A stretch of DNA of 64,000 bases from Octopus bimaculoides (Eukaryota). The translations under genes and the position numbers were made by a program. Positions 10,901 through 24,399 of the stretch are shown here, piece by piece. The stretch's first letter is position 1, and each line of letters begins with the position of its first letter. The stretch covers positions 95,674,421-95,738,420 of the forward strand of contig NC_068988.1 of NCBI RefSeq assembly GCF_001194135.2, given 5' to 3'. Under the pieces are notes generated by a model. The model had not been told where the DNA came from. It saw only the letters and a list, made by a program, of their open reading frames with translations, and did not search any database.

Positions 10901-13608
10901 TTTATTATAACCTCATTAATAAAACAATTTCTTTGCCATATTTACTGAAGCAGTGATGGGACAAGCATTTAGGAAATGTTCAACAATCTACATTGGTTAG
11001 CACAGAAAACTGGAACTGTTTGAAAAAATATTACCTCAGAAAAAATACCGCCACCACATCCAACATCCAAAATTTTTAGACCCTGCAAAGATTTTGAAGG
11101 AACACAGTTTGCCTTTGCAGAGTTTTGCAAAGTGGTTTGAATAAATGGTACTCTAACGCTATTCATGGAGTGTAAAGCCTCAAACTCTCCAGTTTCATCC
11201 CACCAGAGCTGAGCAAGAGCTGAGAACTTTTCAATTTCCTCTTCATCAATAGTGGTCTGCGCCTTCGGTCGATTTTGTTTGGCTCCTTGGTTATTACGGT
11301 AAATGCTTGCAAACCTGGATGAAATAAAATTAGACATTTTCTGACAAATGAATGCTTATGATCTTAATGAAATAAAGCCTGGCATTTGTTAATAATCCTT
11401 TATTTTGGCATAAAATCAGCAATTTTGAGGGGAAGTGAAGTCAATTATATTGACTCCAGTGCTCAAATGATATTTATTTTATCAATCCCATCAAAATCAA
11501 GCCATAATCAAATGGAAATTGTAGTTGTGGCTGATGCCAGTGCCACCTGTCTGGCTCCCCGTACTGGTGGCATGTAAAAAGCACTATCTAAATGTGGTCG
11601 ATGTCAGCTCCCTTGCCCAGACTGGCTCCTGTGCCAGTGGCACGTAAAAAGCACCCACTACACTCTCAGAGTGGTTGGCATTACAAAGGGCATCCAGCTG
11701 TAGAAACACTGCCAGATCAGAGTGGAGCCTAGTGCAGCCTCCTGGCTTTCCAGACCCCAGTCGAACTGTCCAACCCATGCCAGCATGGAAAACAGACGTT
11801 AAACGATGATGATGATGAGGAATCCCAAAAAGATGACAAGCAAAGTCACCCTCAGCAGAATTTGAACCCAGAATGTAAAGATGAATGAAATACCACTAAG
11901 CATTTTCCCCACTGGGCCAACAACTCTGTCTGCTCACCACTTTGACTTTTGTTAATAACAATCTCTTATTTATTGGGTTGTAAAAGCAATGTGGCAGAAG
12001 GAATGCAGTATTGAACTAGCATTCCATTAGTCTTCAGTCCCACCAATGTTGTGTTGGTATGCACTTAATTCTGCATTCTTCACTTGTATTTAGTTCTACT
12101 TAATTCAGTATTATTCATTTCACTGCTGAGAATAGGAACCAGATCTTCTGTAAATGCTACCTGCAAGAGTTCAGTGTCCTAAGCAGAATAAGATTTAGCT
12201 CTCATCTACTTAACACCATGAAATCTTATTCTGCTTAGGACACTGAACTCTTGCAGGTAGCATTTACAGAAGATCTGGTTCCTATTCTCAGCAGTGAAAT
12301 GAATAATAGCTAGCTCACCGTCTTATCATCATGTTAATATTGGTTAATGGTGACAGTGTTCTCAAGACATGCTTTTAGGTTAATCTGAAAAACCAGGATT
12401 AATTTCCATCGGTGAAATGCAGAGACTGGCTAAACTGCGAATTTTAAAGGGGACTTAACGCTTCTACAAATCTCTCACTTATTATCTCCCATCATCAGTT
12501 CAACAAACGTTACTTTTTCAACATGAATGTTTGTATAAAATATATATGTAATATTATATTTTTATAGATATATATGGAATATTACAAAACAATATTTTTT
12601 CCCGAGTAGCAGATAAAATATAAACAAGAAGCTGAGATATTTTCAAATTGAGTTTAGGAAAATAATTTCCTGTAACGTTATGTTGAAGACTGGAAGCTGG
12701 GAGATAATATACGCAGGTTGGAACTCACAATAGATGCGCCTTGTATCATTTATTTACTTAATTATAAGTGTTCAGTTAGGAGAATGAGAGTCTGTGACGT
12801 TCAGGTTTTTTTTTTTCTCCGGGGGCATAAATGTTGCAGAGAACCTCGAACTGAAAATCGCCGTAAACCTATTCCAATTTGCGCCCCCGCTTTGTTTCGT
12901 TATTTACCGACAACCTTGAAAAATTAATATCCTTTAAGGACTAGATTTTACAGGAATGGAGGTATGATTGGCTGTCCTAATGTATTACTGGTATTTATCT
13001 TCTCCAGAGAGATGAAATATAGGGATAACCTTTGTTAGAACAGCTGTAAACGTAAAAGAAAGGGGGTAAATAATATGAAATATTTATTTCAACATGTTAC
13101 TTTTATTTAGCTACATCACTTAGGTTCTTCTTTCTTTTTTATTTTGTTTTACTGGGGATAAAATCCTTTTATTTTGGGGAGGGGAAATGGGATGCAATGA
13201 TGTTAATGCTTGTAGCCAAGGGCATCAACCACTAGAGTGAAGTACCTTCTGCCCTGCCTTAGCGCTCACCAGTACACAATATGGACAAAATATTCATAAA
13301 CTCTACAAGTAAACTAAAATCAAGCTAATTAAAACAACAGACAGAAGCTAGTTTAGTAATATTTACCGAGAGGGACAGCAGCAGAAATTATGGTTAGAGG
13401 ACAAAACTTTTCGTTTCTGTAGATCTAGTTGATGATGTCCCGTTATCCGTCGAACTAAGGGTAGTTGACCAACTTCTAAAATTTTGTCACAACCAACCAT
13501 CCGGTTGATCGACGATAAATTATGAGAAATTACATGAAATTGTTTTAAAATCTTTGATTTTCTACAAAATAAGAAATTCCGAAAAAACGTGTTCCGAAGT
13601 GTAGCCAT
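7905..13608 (-). CDS. COQ3: Ubiquinone biosynthesis O-methyltransferase, mitochondrial (347 aa)
   Basis: GT-AG exons on -: 13608-13367, 11314-11035, 9959-9717, 9009-8850, 8023-7905 (TGA), 1044 nt in frame. Motifs TTIDEEEIEKFSALAQLWWDETGEFEALHSMNSVRVPFI, SAM motif ILDVGCGGGIFSEPLARLGA, FDAVVASEVVEHV, PGGSLFLTTINKT, GTHNWNKFISP, YNPFTKKWKWSSDTSINYAIHA. Basic, presequence-like N-terminus. Confidence 0.95.
8215..8610. mobile_element. SINE-like repeat in COQ3 intron 4
   Basis: GC-richer, CpG-containing block with hairpin GTTCCAGTTGA-TCCGG-TCAACGGAAC. Boundaries and family uncertain. Confidence 0.4.
10675..10885 (+). mobile_element. Short repeat family A (probable Penelope-like pLTR derivative), copy 1
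   Basis: Same sequence recurs, rearranged, at 39572-39834 and 47612-47890; carries the hammerhead motif. Confidence 0.6.
10686..10730 (+). ncRNA. Minimal type I hammerhead ribozyme motif (Penelope-like-element type), family A
   Basis: TCTGTG CTGATGA A GAG-AAATAA-CCC A GAA ATTGCGAT A CACAGA: 6-bp stem I, intact CUGAUGA and GAAA, self-complementary stem III, cleavage triplet AUA. Confidence 0.65.
12109..12308. repeat. Perfect 88-bp inverted repeat with 24-nt spacer
   Basis: 12109-12196 is the exact reverse complement of 12221-12308 (checked base by base). Confidence 0.95.
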
Positions 13609-15020
13609 GATGAAACACTTCCGCAGTGAATTGTTTGGTTTATTAATTACTAATCTATTAATTTTCATTTGTTTTGCTCATTTCTGTCCATTTTAGACAA
13701 ATAAATATACAAAATATTTTATTCTTCAAAATAATTTAAAGAGAACTATTTTTCTGCAATATCTCTAATTATGAAATAATATAAGTTCTAACACGATCAT
13801 TACATGAAGGACGTAAGGGGAAATAACTGAAATGGCAAGATTTGGAGAAGATAAGATGAGAGGGTGATGTCCTTCTCAGGGTTTAAGCTCTTCAATTCGG
13901 CAATTCCCATAGTCCGGCACATTTTGAACTGCCTCCATTAGTTCAACTTATCTACACATGAAACAATAAAAACTGTATTTGGAAGCAATAATGGTTATAT
14001 TATATTATTTCCTATCTTAAACCTGGTTCTACCTTTGATAACTCAACAATATATTAGGGCGTACGCATATGCGCGGCGGCAACCTGACGCCGGATAAAGT
14101 GATTAGCTACATTTCGTCCGTTTTTATGTTCTGATCTCAAATTCCACCGAGGTCAACTTTGCCTTTCATCCTTTCGGGGTCGATAAAATAAGTACCAGTT
14201 GAGTACTGGGGGTCGATGTAATCGCCTCACCCCTTCCTCGAAATTGTTGGTCTTGCACCAAAATTTGAAACCGATATATATATATTGTGTATGCTTATGG
14301 TTAGATGGGGATGTTCTTTTAGGGGATCTCTAAAAGATCAATCTCTGTAATGGGAATTTTGTAGGAGTCCAGCAATAACCAGGTCCCAAGATTGCTGAAT
14401 TAAAGCGGTTCAACCTATACAAGGATCCTATTTGTGGTTCTCAATAAAAAGAGGAGATACTCATTAGTGATTAAGAATTAATCTTGAGTTATATTACATG
14501 CTTAAGGAGAAAGTTTGATCTTGGCAGGCATTGGATATTGGCTTGTTTGATCATTTTTTATTTTTTTATTTTAATTATACAAATCACACTAACCCAAAAT
14601 TATTGGAAACTCTTTCATCATCATCATCATCGTTTAACGTCCGTTTTCCATGCTGGCATGGATTGGATTGTTAGACTGGGGACTGGCAAGCTGGGAGGTT
14701 GCAAATGACACTGATAGAATAATTACTGGGCTTACAAAGAATAAGTCCTGGAGTCGATTTGTTCAACTAAGGGCGGTGCTCCAGCATGGCTGCAGTCAAA
14801 TGACCCAAACAAATAAAAGAATACATATGCATACAAATGACTACATAAAAATGAACAGACGCATATGATGACGATGATGATGATGATGATGATATACATA
14901 TACATATACATATACATACATATATATATATATGCATTGATCTATTATTTATTCAGTTCTTTCTTTCCAGGGAATGGATCATGAGTGTTTCGTACGCAGA
15001 CGTGAAGCACTTGGCATCCT

Positions 15021-15055
<35 letters not shown>

Positions 15056-15975
15056 CATCACCACCAATATATATGTGCCAACAGGTACATATATATATTG
15101 ACTTAGTTATCCAATGTACTCTTTTATCAGTGATATCAAAACTTATAAAAGATATTAGTTTATTGTCACTAGTATTTATTATGAAGAGCATCTAATTTGC
15201 TTGGACATTTAAATATCATTTCTTTGGTAATTCCATTTTAAAATCTAGCAATTAAAATATTTGATAACTAAAGTTTGCACTCATTGAAGTCACTCAAAAA
15301 GTTAATCTCAATTAATTTTGTTTTACTTTAGTTTTTATTGTAAAATTGCCCCATTTGCAAAGTGCTTCATGGAGGACTTTGTGAAATGGAAACAGGGAGA
15401 GACCTATGGAAAAGTAAAATGATTTAAATTTTGTTGTAAATATTTAAATTCATTAATAAGATTAAAATAATCGATTTGGTTTTAATTATTATTGTAAATA
15501 TTGATGGGTTTTTTTCTGAAAAAAAATTAATATTTACTTGACAAAAGATTAATATTTCTTTCAGAGGAAGTCCCGTTAGAAGACTAGATTGTGGTGGGGG
15601 TTTTGATATTTTAATAACAATGTTTTTATTGCTGTTGGGGTATGAAAGATGATGTTTGCTCTGAATTCAGAAAATAAAGGCAATATTGAACAATTCACAC
15701 AGAGCTGCTCAAATGATCTTCCTTAGCAAGCCGTAATAAAGATGGAATTCACATTTTCTGTAGTTGTTGCCATCTGTTACAAGAAAAACATTAAACGCTG
15801 GACAACTCTATTACAGTTTCGAGCTTTGAAAGTAAAACAAAAACAATATATAGTTACATATATAGAGAAAGATATTTATTTCAGTGTATCAATTTAAATG
15901 AATAACATTTAATAATAGAAGAAAATGAATAAAAAAGCTGAATAATTAATAAGTATATGAATGTGGCAGACATGA

Positions 15976-16024
15976 CCGGAAGTTGCAAAAGCAAAGCAAG
16001 GTTGCGCCATACGTCACTTCCGCC
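15976..16024 (+). promoter_or_regulatory. Probable housekeeping core promoter of PNISR (ETS/YY1/CRE-half-site cluster)
   Basis: CCGGAAGT (15976-15983), GCGCCAT (16004-16010), ACGTCA (16011-16016) and ACTTCCGCC (16016-16024) within 50 nt in a CpG-retaining patch, upstream of a strong donor. Confidence 0.55.
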
Positions 16025-16535
16025 TTTTCCATCACTCCGACATTTTTTTTTATTGTGTTTCTCTTCTGGCGAATGTCGAAGATGAAGATTCACTTAGTTC
16101 TTGCAACCAACCTAATTTTTAGGTCACTGGGGGGATTCTCCAATTTAGGATAAGGGCTAAAATCAACACCAACCACAAAAGGGGGCAAAATAATTGCTTG
16201 TTTTATCCGTTTTTCTTGCTGCGTGTGAAGCTCGGCCAAATCGTTTCAATCGTGCATCGGATTTCTTTTCTTGTTTCACATGTTTCGATGTTGTTTCTCT
16301 TGGATTTCAATCTACTTCTTCAACGATCCACTATTCATGTAAATCGGGACGACAATATTTCTTCATTATAAACAGACACCAAATATTTGAGCTATTTTTT
16401 CCCCCTCTTTTTGCAAAGCTCTGCAATTCCTAACTTTTTTTTCTTTTTGGAAAAAGAAACAATCAAAAGAAAAGAAAAAGAAAATAGAAAAAAAAAGAAA
16501 AAAGATCTATTTTGTGTGAATTATTTTGATTTGAG
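16025..16535 (+). other. PNISR: Putative non-coding first exon of PNISR (5' boundary approximate)
   Basis: Ends at consensus donor GAG|GTGAGT (16535/16536). The exon at 29211 holding the start codon has an acceptor but no promoter-like sequence. Confidence 0.45.
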
Positions 16536-16690
16536 GTGAGTTTTAATGATTATAAACAGAAATGCTTCTTATCTATTGTTTTCAGCTTTTAAGGCCAACG
16601 TTTGGAATGTTATGGTGTTAATCTCTGGAAAGCTCGATCAATGCATTCTTGTCTCTGTCTTTATGGTATATAAACATATATATAATCGCC

Positions 16691-16722
<32 letters not shown>

Positions 16723-16753
16723 ATCGCCTATGTATATATATATATAGGCATAA

Positions 16754-17551
16754 NNNNNNNNNNNNNNNNNNNNNNNNNNNNNNNNNNNNNNNNNNNNNNN
16801 NNNNNNNNNNNNNNNNNNNNNNNNNNNNNNNNNNNNNNNNNNNNNNNNNNNNNNNNNNNNNNNNNNNNNNNNNNNNNNNNNNNNNNNNNNNNNNNNNNNN
16901 NNNNNNNNNNNNNNNNNNNNNNNNNNNNNNNNNNNNNNNNNNNNNNNNNNNNNNNNNNNNNNNNNNNNNNNNNNNNNNNNNNNNNNNNNNNNNNNNNNNN
17001 NNNNNNNNNNNNNNNNNNNNNNNNNNNNNNNNNNNNNNNNNNNNNNNNNNNNNNNNNNNNNNNNNNNNNNNNNNNNNNNNNNNNNNNNNNNNNNNNNNNN
17101 NNNNNNNNNNNNNNNNNNNNNNNNNNNNNNNNNNNNNNNNNNNNNNNNNNNNNNNNNNNNNNNNNNNNNNNNNNNNNNNNNNNNNNNNNNNNNNNNNNNN
17201 NNNNNNNNNNNNNNNNNNNNNNNNNNNNNNNNNNNNNNNNNNNNNNNNNNNNNNNNNNNNNNNNNNNNNNNNNNNNNNNNNNNNNNNNNNNNNNNNNNNN
17301 NNNNNNNNNNNNNNNNNNNNNNNNNNNNNNNNNNNNNNNNNNNNNNNNNNNNNNNNNNNNNNNNNNNNNNNNNNNNNNNNNNNNNNNNNNNNNNNNNNNN
17401 NNNNNNNNNNNNNNNNNNNNNNNNNNNNNNNNNNNNNNNNNNNNNNNNNNNNNNNNNNNNNNNNNNNNNNNNNNNNNNNNNNNNNNNNNNNNNNNNNNNN
17501 NNNNNNNNNNNNNNNNNNNNNNNNNNNNNNNNNNNNNNNNNNNNNNNNNNN
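16754..17551. other. Assembly gap; others at 18457-19313, 21881-22058, 24311-24320, 26737-26780, 34145-34941, 41811-42740, 47823-47832
   Basis: N runs, mostly next to microsatellites or inside young RTE copies. Confidence 1.
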
Positions 17552-18148
17552 GGGGGGGGGGTGAAATTTTTCAAACAATTTTTTTTCAGAATCGGAATCT
17601 CCATAGCGTAAAACGTGGGATTCCGTAAAAAAAATTAATAAACAAGGGGGGGGGAAAGGTTCAGATTACATATAGTCCGTCTCTACCTAAATGAGTATGA
17701 GTGGGAGAGTGTCTAGTTTTAGGTCGGTAAAACCTGATCGGAAATAATCGATGAAATTCGTCCCACAATACATTGAACTCTTCTCGTACGTCTGACAACA
17801 ACAGATCGTCCCTGATTTCCAACCACCTCTCCACATTTACATATTTATTCTTCGTCCCTTCTACGATGTTCATGTACAACCTTCAGCTATTAGAATCTAC
17901 AAAATAATTAATCACGGTTGATGAAAGAATAAATTAATTTGGAAGTAGTTGTTGTTGGTAGGCCAGGTATCAGGTAAAAGTGCAGGTGCCTGGCAACATG
18001 ATGAGGGGATGAGGAGAGACAATTTAAGGCCCAGCCGTTCCATTATCTGCAATGTCTAATCGCTCTAACCTTGTCCTACATCATGATTTTCTAATCAATG
18101 TTTTGGGTTTAGATTTTCATAGCAAAATACGAAGGGGATCTTTCCTTT

Positions 18149-18179
<31 letters not shown>

Positions 18180-19724
18180 GTATGTATATATATATATATA
18201 TGTGTGTATGTATGTATATATGTGTGTGTGTGTGTGTGTGCATGTATGTATTATATACACAAATATTCTATAATTATAAACATAATTATAATCAGGGGTC
18301 AGCTAATTATAGAATATTTGTATAATTTTACATAAAAAGGTTATTTTAACGTACCGAACTACTTGGTAAAATTATTAATTAATTGATTAATTAATTAATT
18401 TTACCCATTTATTATTATATGTATATGTAGTTTCTATTTTGTTTTTGTAACATATTNNNNNNNNNNNNNNNNNNNNNNNNNNNNNNNNNNNNNNNNNNNN
18501 NNNNNNNNNNNNNNNNNNNNNNNNNNNNNNNNNNNNNNNNNNNNNNNNNNNNNNNNNNNNNNNNNNNNNNNNNNNNNNNNNNNNNNNNNNNNNNNNNNNN
18601 NNNNNNNNNNNNNNNNNNNNNNNNNNNNNNNNNNNNNNNNNNNNNNNNNNNNNNNNNNNNNNNNNNNNNNNNNNNNNNNNNNNNNNNNNNNNNNNNNNNN
18701 NNNNNNNNNNNNNNNNNNNNNNNNNNNNNNNNNNNNNNNNNNNNNNNNNNNNNNNNNNNNNNNNNNNNNNNNNNNNNNNNNNNNNNNNNNNNNNNNNNNN
18801 NNNNNNNNNNNNNNNNNNNNNNNNNNNNNNNNNNNNNNNNNNNNNNNNNNNNNNNNNNNNNNNNNNNNNNNNNNNNNNNNNNNNNNNNNNNNNNNNNNNN
18901 NNNNNNNNNNNNNNNNNNNNNNNNNNNNNNNNNNNNNNNNNNNNNNNNNNNNNNNNNNNNNNNNNNNNNNNNNNNNNNNNNNNNNNNNNNNNNNNNNNNN
19001 NNNNNNNNNNNNNNNNNNNNNNNNNNNNNNNNNNNNNNNNNNNNNNNNNNNNNNNNNNNNNNNNNNNNNNNNNNNNNNNNNNNNNNNNNNNNNNNNNNNN
19101 NNNNNNNNNNNNNNNNNNNNNNNNNNNNNNNNNNNNNNNNNNNNNNNNNNNNNNNNNNNNNNNNNNNNNNNNNNNNNNNNNNNNNNNNNNNNNNNNNNNN
19201 NNNNNNNNNNNNNNNNNNNNNNNNNNNNNNNNNNNNNNNNNNNNNNNNNNNNNNNNNNNNNNNNNNNNNNNNNNNNNNNNNNNNNNNNNNNNNNNNNNNN
19301 NNNNNNNNNNNNNGCATCTCTTCAGTTATCGGGCCATCGAAAAAAGAATGTATACATATATATATATATATATATAAAACCCAATCCTCCGTACATTACT
19401 GGGAGATTATTTGAGCGTCTTTACAATATTTAAGCCGGTTACTACTAACAGTGATTACGGCTTTGTTTAAATCGATGGACGATTCCATTGATAGGTGTAT
19501 ATACGTGGAGCTGTCTCCTCAATAGAGATCCTTATTCTCTATCAGTTCTTTTCTTCCCTGCAACCCATCGATATTTTTAATACACCAGCACGCCGCGCGC
19601 GTGCGTATTATGGTATTTCTGAGAGAAAGCCATTGATAAGATCACACCCACACATTGCCGTGTATGTGTGCGCGTGTCACAGTATGGCCGCATTCCAATG
19701 ATTGAAACAGGTAAAAGATGTATT

Positions 19725-20095
19725 CTTTTATTCTTTTACTTGTTTCAGTCATTTGATTGTGGCCATGCTGGAGCACCGCCTTTAGTCGAAGAAGCCAACC
19801 CCAGGACTTATTCTTTGTAAGCCTAGTACTTATTCTATCGGTCTGTGTTTGCCGAACTGCTAAGTTACGGGGACGTAAACACACCAGCATTGGCTGTCAA
19901 GCGATGGTGGAGGAACAAACACACACACATATATATACGACGGGCTTCTTTCAGTTTCCATCTACCAAATCCACTCACAAGGCTTTGGTCGGCCCGAAGC
20001 TTTAGCAGAAGATACTCTACTAAGGTAGCACGCACTGCGACTGAACCAGGAACCATGTGGTTGGGAAGCAAGCTTCTTACCACACAGCCATCCTG
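19725..20095 (-). mobile_element. tRNA-derived SINE (octopus-type), near full length
   Basis: Head GGCTGTGTGGTAAGAAGCTTGC...GGTTCAGTC, internal microsatellite, tail GTGCTCCAGCATGGCC..AATGACTGAAACAAGTAAAAG. Further copies near 1826-2060, 14710-14830, 24320-24395, 33420-33570, 35470-35930, 46630-46825. Confidence 0.75.
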
Positions 20096-20146
20096 TGCCT
20101 ACACATGTATAAATACATGTGTGTACGTATATGAAGAGATGCGTCG

Positions 20147-20184
<38 letters not shown>

Positions 20185-20599
20185 CAGCGCCTTTCTTTCT
20201 CTTTCACTCTCTACACACACATATACACACATAATGTATGTATGGACGTACGTGTGCGCATTTATCAATTTCTCTGACATTACGATATGAGACTTGTTGT
20301 GTAAGGTTTATATTAATAGTTATGTATGTATAATCACCATCTGATTATACAGCCTTTTTCTATAAGCAAGTGTTAACCATTCTTATATTTTGTACATCTT
20401 ATCCCCCTGAAACAGTTTATCAAATCGTATCCATGTATCTGTGTTGACAGACGTGTGTTTCTGGAGACGGTTACACGAAGAAAATCTGCAGAATCTTTCT
20501 CCTATTTCGCATATGTTACCAGCTATTTACATATTTTGGTCGAATTGCAATGACTTATTATTGTTTTTGTTGTTTATTAAAGACTTTTCACGCACACAG

Positions 20600-20720
20600 C
20601 CGGTTAGACAGGCAGATCAATTGATCGACAGATAGACAAATGAATAGAGACAGACAAATAGGTAGACAGATCGATAGATAGATAGATATAGATAAAGAGA
20701 GAGAGAGAGAGAGAGAGAGA
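20600..20720. repeat. Compound microsatellite (GACA/GATA/GA)n, representative of many (AT)n, (CA)n, (GA)n, (CAT)n tracts
   Basis: Directly visible. Confidence 0.9.
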
Positions 20721-22057
20721 TACTTTGTCTCGTAGAAAATATGACTTTTTGTTTTTATTTTAGTTAAATTCCATTCACTATTATTATAAGCTGGTCAATC
20801 TAATGCGTTTTCAAGTCCTGGAGTGCCCAAACGAAAACCCTTTGTACGAGATCTTAGTATTTCGATCATTTTTCAAGTTTGAACTTTTTGGCTTTGACAG
20901 ACTTGACCTCAACGCAGTAACGATCAAAAACTCAGAGTACACACGTTTCTTTATAAATGTGTTACCCTAACCCATTATCTCCTTCGTCGGCATGGTGGAC
21001 TGGTGTAGCATTAGTTAAACTACTTTGCAGTAACAGCTGTCGTCTACATTACGAGTTCAGGTCCCATCGAGGCCAACTGTACTTTTCATGACCCCCCCCC
21101 CCCCAAATGCCAAACCTTCTACCTATATTAGAAATTGACTCGGCAGAGCACCGAATGAAAGTGCTTTGTGATATTTAGTTACAACAGCCCTTTACAATTT
21201 CATCCGATAAAATCAAATACCACTTCAGTACATGGTCGATTTAATCGATTAATATCCCCACCCCCACCCCACTGAAATTTCTGGCCTTGTATCTATGGTA
21301 GAAACGATTTTCTCTGTCGTCTGGGTCACCCTGATACCATTTCCAACTACGTAACTGACTGGTCGTGCAATGCGGTTATTTCAAACAGCCCTGACCCCTC
21401 TCCTGCCGGCTCTTTACTGATGTCAGCATTATTCCTCTATCAGTTTATTAAATGGCTAATTGCATTACAGTCTGTTTAGCCTGTCCCATTCATTAAATGC
21501 TGGCTTCAAATTTCATCGAGGACGATTTTACATCTCTTCTGAAGTCGATAAAAAGAAATATCAGATATTGTGAGGTGATTCAATCCAATTTAATCCTTTC
21601 CTTACTTAAATCGGCTTTGTACCTCAGCAAAGAACTAATTATTATTATTACTACTAACCACATAGCTTTGCTATTAATTACTGTCTGTCGCATTTGTACA
21701 AAACCATTGATGTATAATAAAGAGAACCACTTATTGCTTCTTATCGGCTCAGATGGGGGAAAAAGAAATAATAACATGTCCTTGTTGGGGTTTTGAAATC
21801 AGAAAAATCGTCAGAGACGAAATTAAATGATAAAAGGAGACAATCCTCGTTTCTTCCTCGAGTTTCTTAGCATTATATATNNNNNNNNNNNNNNNNNNNN
21901 NNNNNNNNNNNNNNNNNNNNNNNNNNNNNNNNNNNNNNNNNNNNNNNNNNNNNNNNNNNNNNNNNNNNNNNNNNNNNNNNNNNNNNNNNNNNNNNNNNNN
22001 NNNNNNNNNNNNNNNNNNNNNNNNNNNNNNNNNNNNNNNNNNNNNNNNNNNNNNNNN

Positions 22058-22102
<45 letters not shown>

Positions 22103-22344
22103 TATAGTTATGTGTGTGTTTGTACAGGTATTTATTTATTTATTTATTTATTTATGTGTTTCAGCCAATATATACTTTTTTACTGGTAGATCTAATTAGT
22201 TCCACTACATCTGAATACACCTGTCTTTATATAACATTAACCTTATTCTAATTATGGGAGGATCTCCTGGATTTCATTTCCCCACATACGTTTGTTTTCT
22301 CATTGGTTATACTTTCCCCAAATAAATTTGCACATCATGTTCGG

Positions 22345-22414
22345 GGCTCCGATGAAGCTGTAAGGTGTTACTCAGGTACTCAACTGCATCCTATAGCGGA
22401 AATAGCTGTAAGCT
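22345..22414 (+). ncRNA. Degenerate minimal hammerhead ribozyme motif, family B
   Basis: GGCT CCGATGA A GCTGTAAGG...CCTATAGC G GAA ATAGCTGT A AGCT: U4 changed to C, long stem II, self-complementary stem III, triplet GUA. Confidence 0.5.
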
Positions 22415-23100
22415 AATGAAGTTCGTCATACTCATTTAACGTCCATTGTCTTTGCTGGCATGGGTTGGACAAGTTGATAAGATAATTTTTTATTCCTTTG
22501 TCATCTCATTTGCTTATATAACAGAACAGGAAATGGAAATTTTTTTGATGTTATTATTATAACAGCTGGGATTTACCCTCCTACCTACACACAATATAAA
22601 TACATGTATATATATAATATATGTGTGTGTGTATGTATGTATATATATGTGTATGAGAGAGAAGGCGTGAATGTGTTAGGCAAAAATATTCTTTGCTCTT
22701 CGTTAATAAAACAAATCCTATGTAAACTGTAATGGTTTCGTTGTTCCATTTTGGGTAAAAAAAAAAAATTATTATGTGGAACGCCTTAGAAATATTTTCA
22801 AACCCCCCCCCCCCCCAAAAAAAAACCCCTTGAACCATGGAAGGAACTAAATGTGATATATTTATTTATTTATTTCGATTAGTGTGTATGTGTATGTTGG
22901 TGACCTCTGATATTATTTACAACTTACTTTTTTGACTCGCTCGTCGCGACGATATCTGCTCTGCTGTTGCAGACTTTTCACATTTCGACATTATTTTCGC
23001 CTTGTCTTGTCTTCTTTCTTCCACTGCACAACACTCTCAGTCTCCATCTTTGATACTTTGCTTCTCTATTTAATTACCCACTTCTATATATATGTGAGTG

Positions 23101-23151
<51 letters not shown>

Positions 23152-24242
23152 GCACACGCATATATACACTCACATGCCTATTTCTTTTTCAATGAAATAC
23201 TCTGGTATTGGATGTCACATCCAAACATGCGCATTAACTGAAGTAGTGATGGTGGTGGTGGTGGAAACCGCAGAGGTTCTAGGTTTTCGAGTACTTGGTG
23301 TTCGTTAGTCGATCGGTCTGTCCTCCTCTGTACCACGAACGGAATATTTCTATCTATTCACGTTGATGTGTTGTGACGGGGCGCCAAATCTGTCTATCGT
23401 TGCTCTGTTTTATTGGAGTATTGTCTAATATTCACAAAAGAATCACTGCGGAAAAGTACCGGGAACCCCCTCTTAATGTGGCTATCGCGTCATTTGTTCA
23501 TATTAGAGTAACATTTGGACCCACACATCAGTGTGCGAATTATATATTTCAAATGATGATAAATCGAAATGTGCAACAAGATATATATTCTGTATAATCT
23601 CCCTATTTCTGTCTGTTTGTGTACATATACATATGAACACAGCTACCTAGCGATGTCCTTGTATTTAAGCCATGATTTAGCTTAAGTAGTTTGAGGGAGT
23701 ATTAGCTGCTATTCCTGACACTTTTAGTAGCCGTGTTATGTATGTCTATATACGTATATGTATGTGTACACGTACAACAGACAGCCGGGAGCTTGATGAC
23801 GATTTTGCTGCGTTGTCTACCATTTCAAGGAAACGTGTAGAAGCTTTTTCATTGGTCCACACACACACACACACACCCATACACACGCGCGCGCGCGCAA
23901 AAGACTGGGTGTCATTTGAGGGTGATTTGACTCCTATAGCTGTTCTTTACGTGTACCTCTTGTTGGCTACATATATATTTATACATTAGCCAATTAAATG
24001 TGATTTTGAGGGTTAATGGGGTTGCTATTTCGAATAGGTCTATCTACAATATACACTCTCTCTCTCTCTCTCGCACACACACAAACGAAAGAAAATAAGC
24101 TGACAAAAGAAAAAAAAACGATTATGTTATGGACTTCATTAGCTTACCGCTGTTTCTGGTATATGATGCAATAGTTGAGTTAGAGCTTCATCGGAGCCTC
24201 GAATACGAAGGACAATTTATTTGGGAAGGAATTACATTTGTG

Positions 24243-24310
<68 letters not shown>

Positions 24311-24399
24311 NNNNNNNNNNATCGCTTGACAACCGATGGTGGTGTGTTTACGTCCCCGTAACTTAGTGGTTCTGCAAAAGAGACCGATAGAATAAGTTG

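Noticed and set aside
18259-18321. 18-bp inverted repeat
   Set aside because: Very AT-rich, next to microsatellite and a gap; no function supportable.
16546-19317. Long ORFs in the ORF track here and at 34011-35116 and 41641-42810
   Set aside because: They are runs of X over N gaps. Only the flanking RTE RT segments are real coding sequence.
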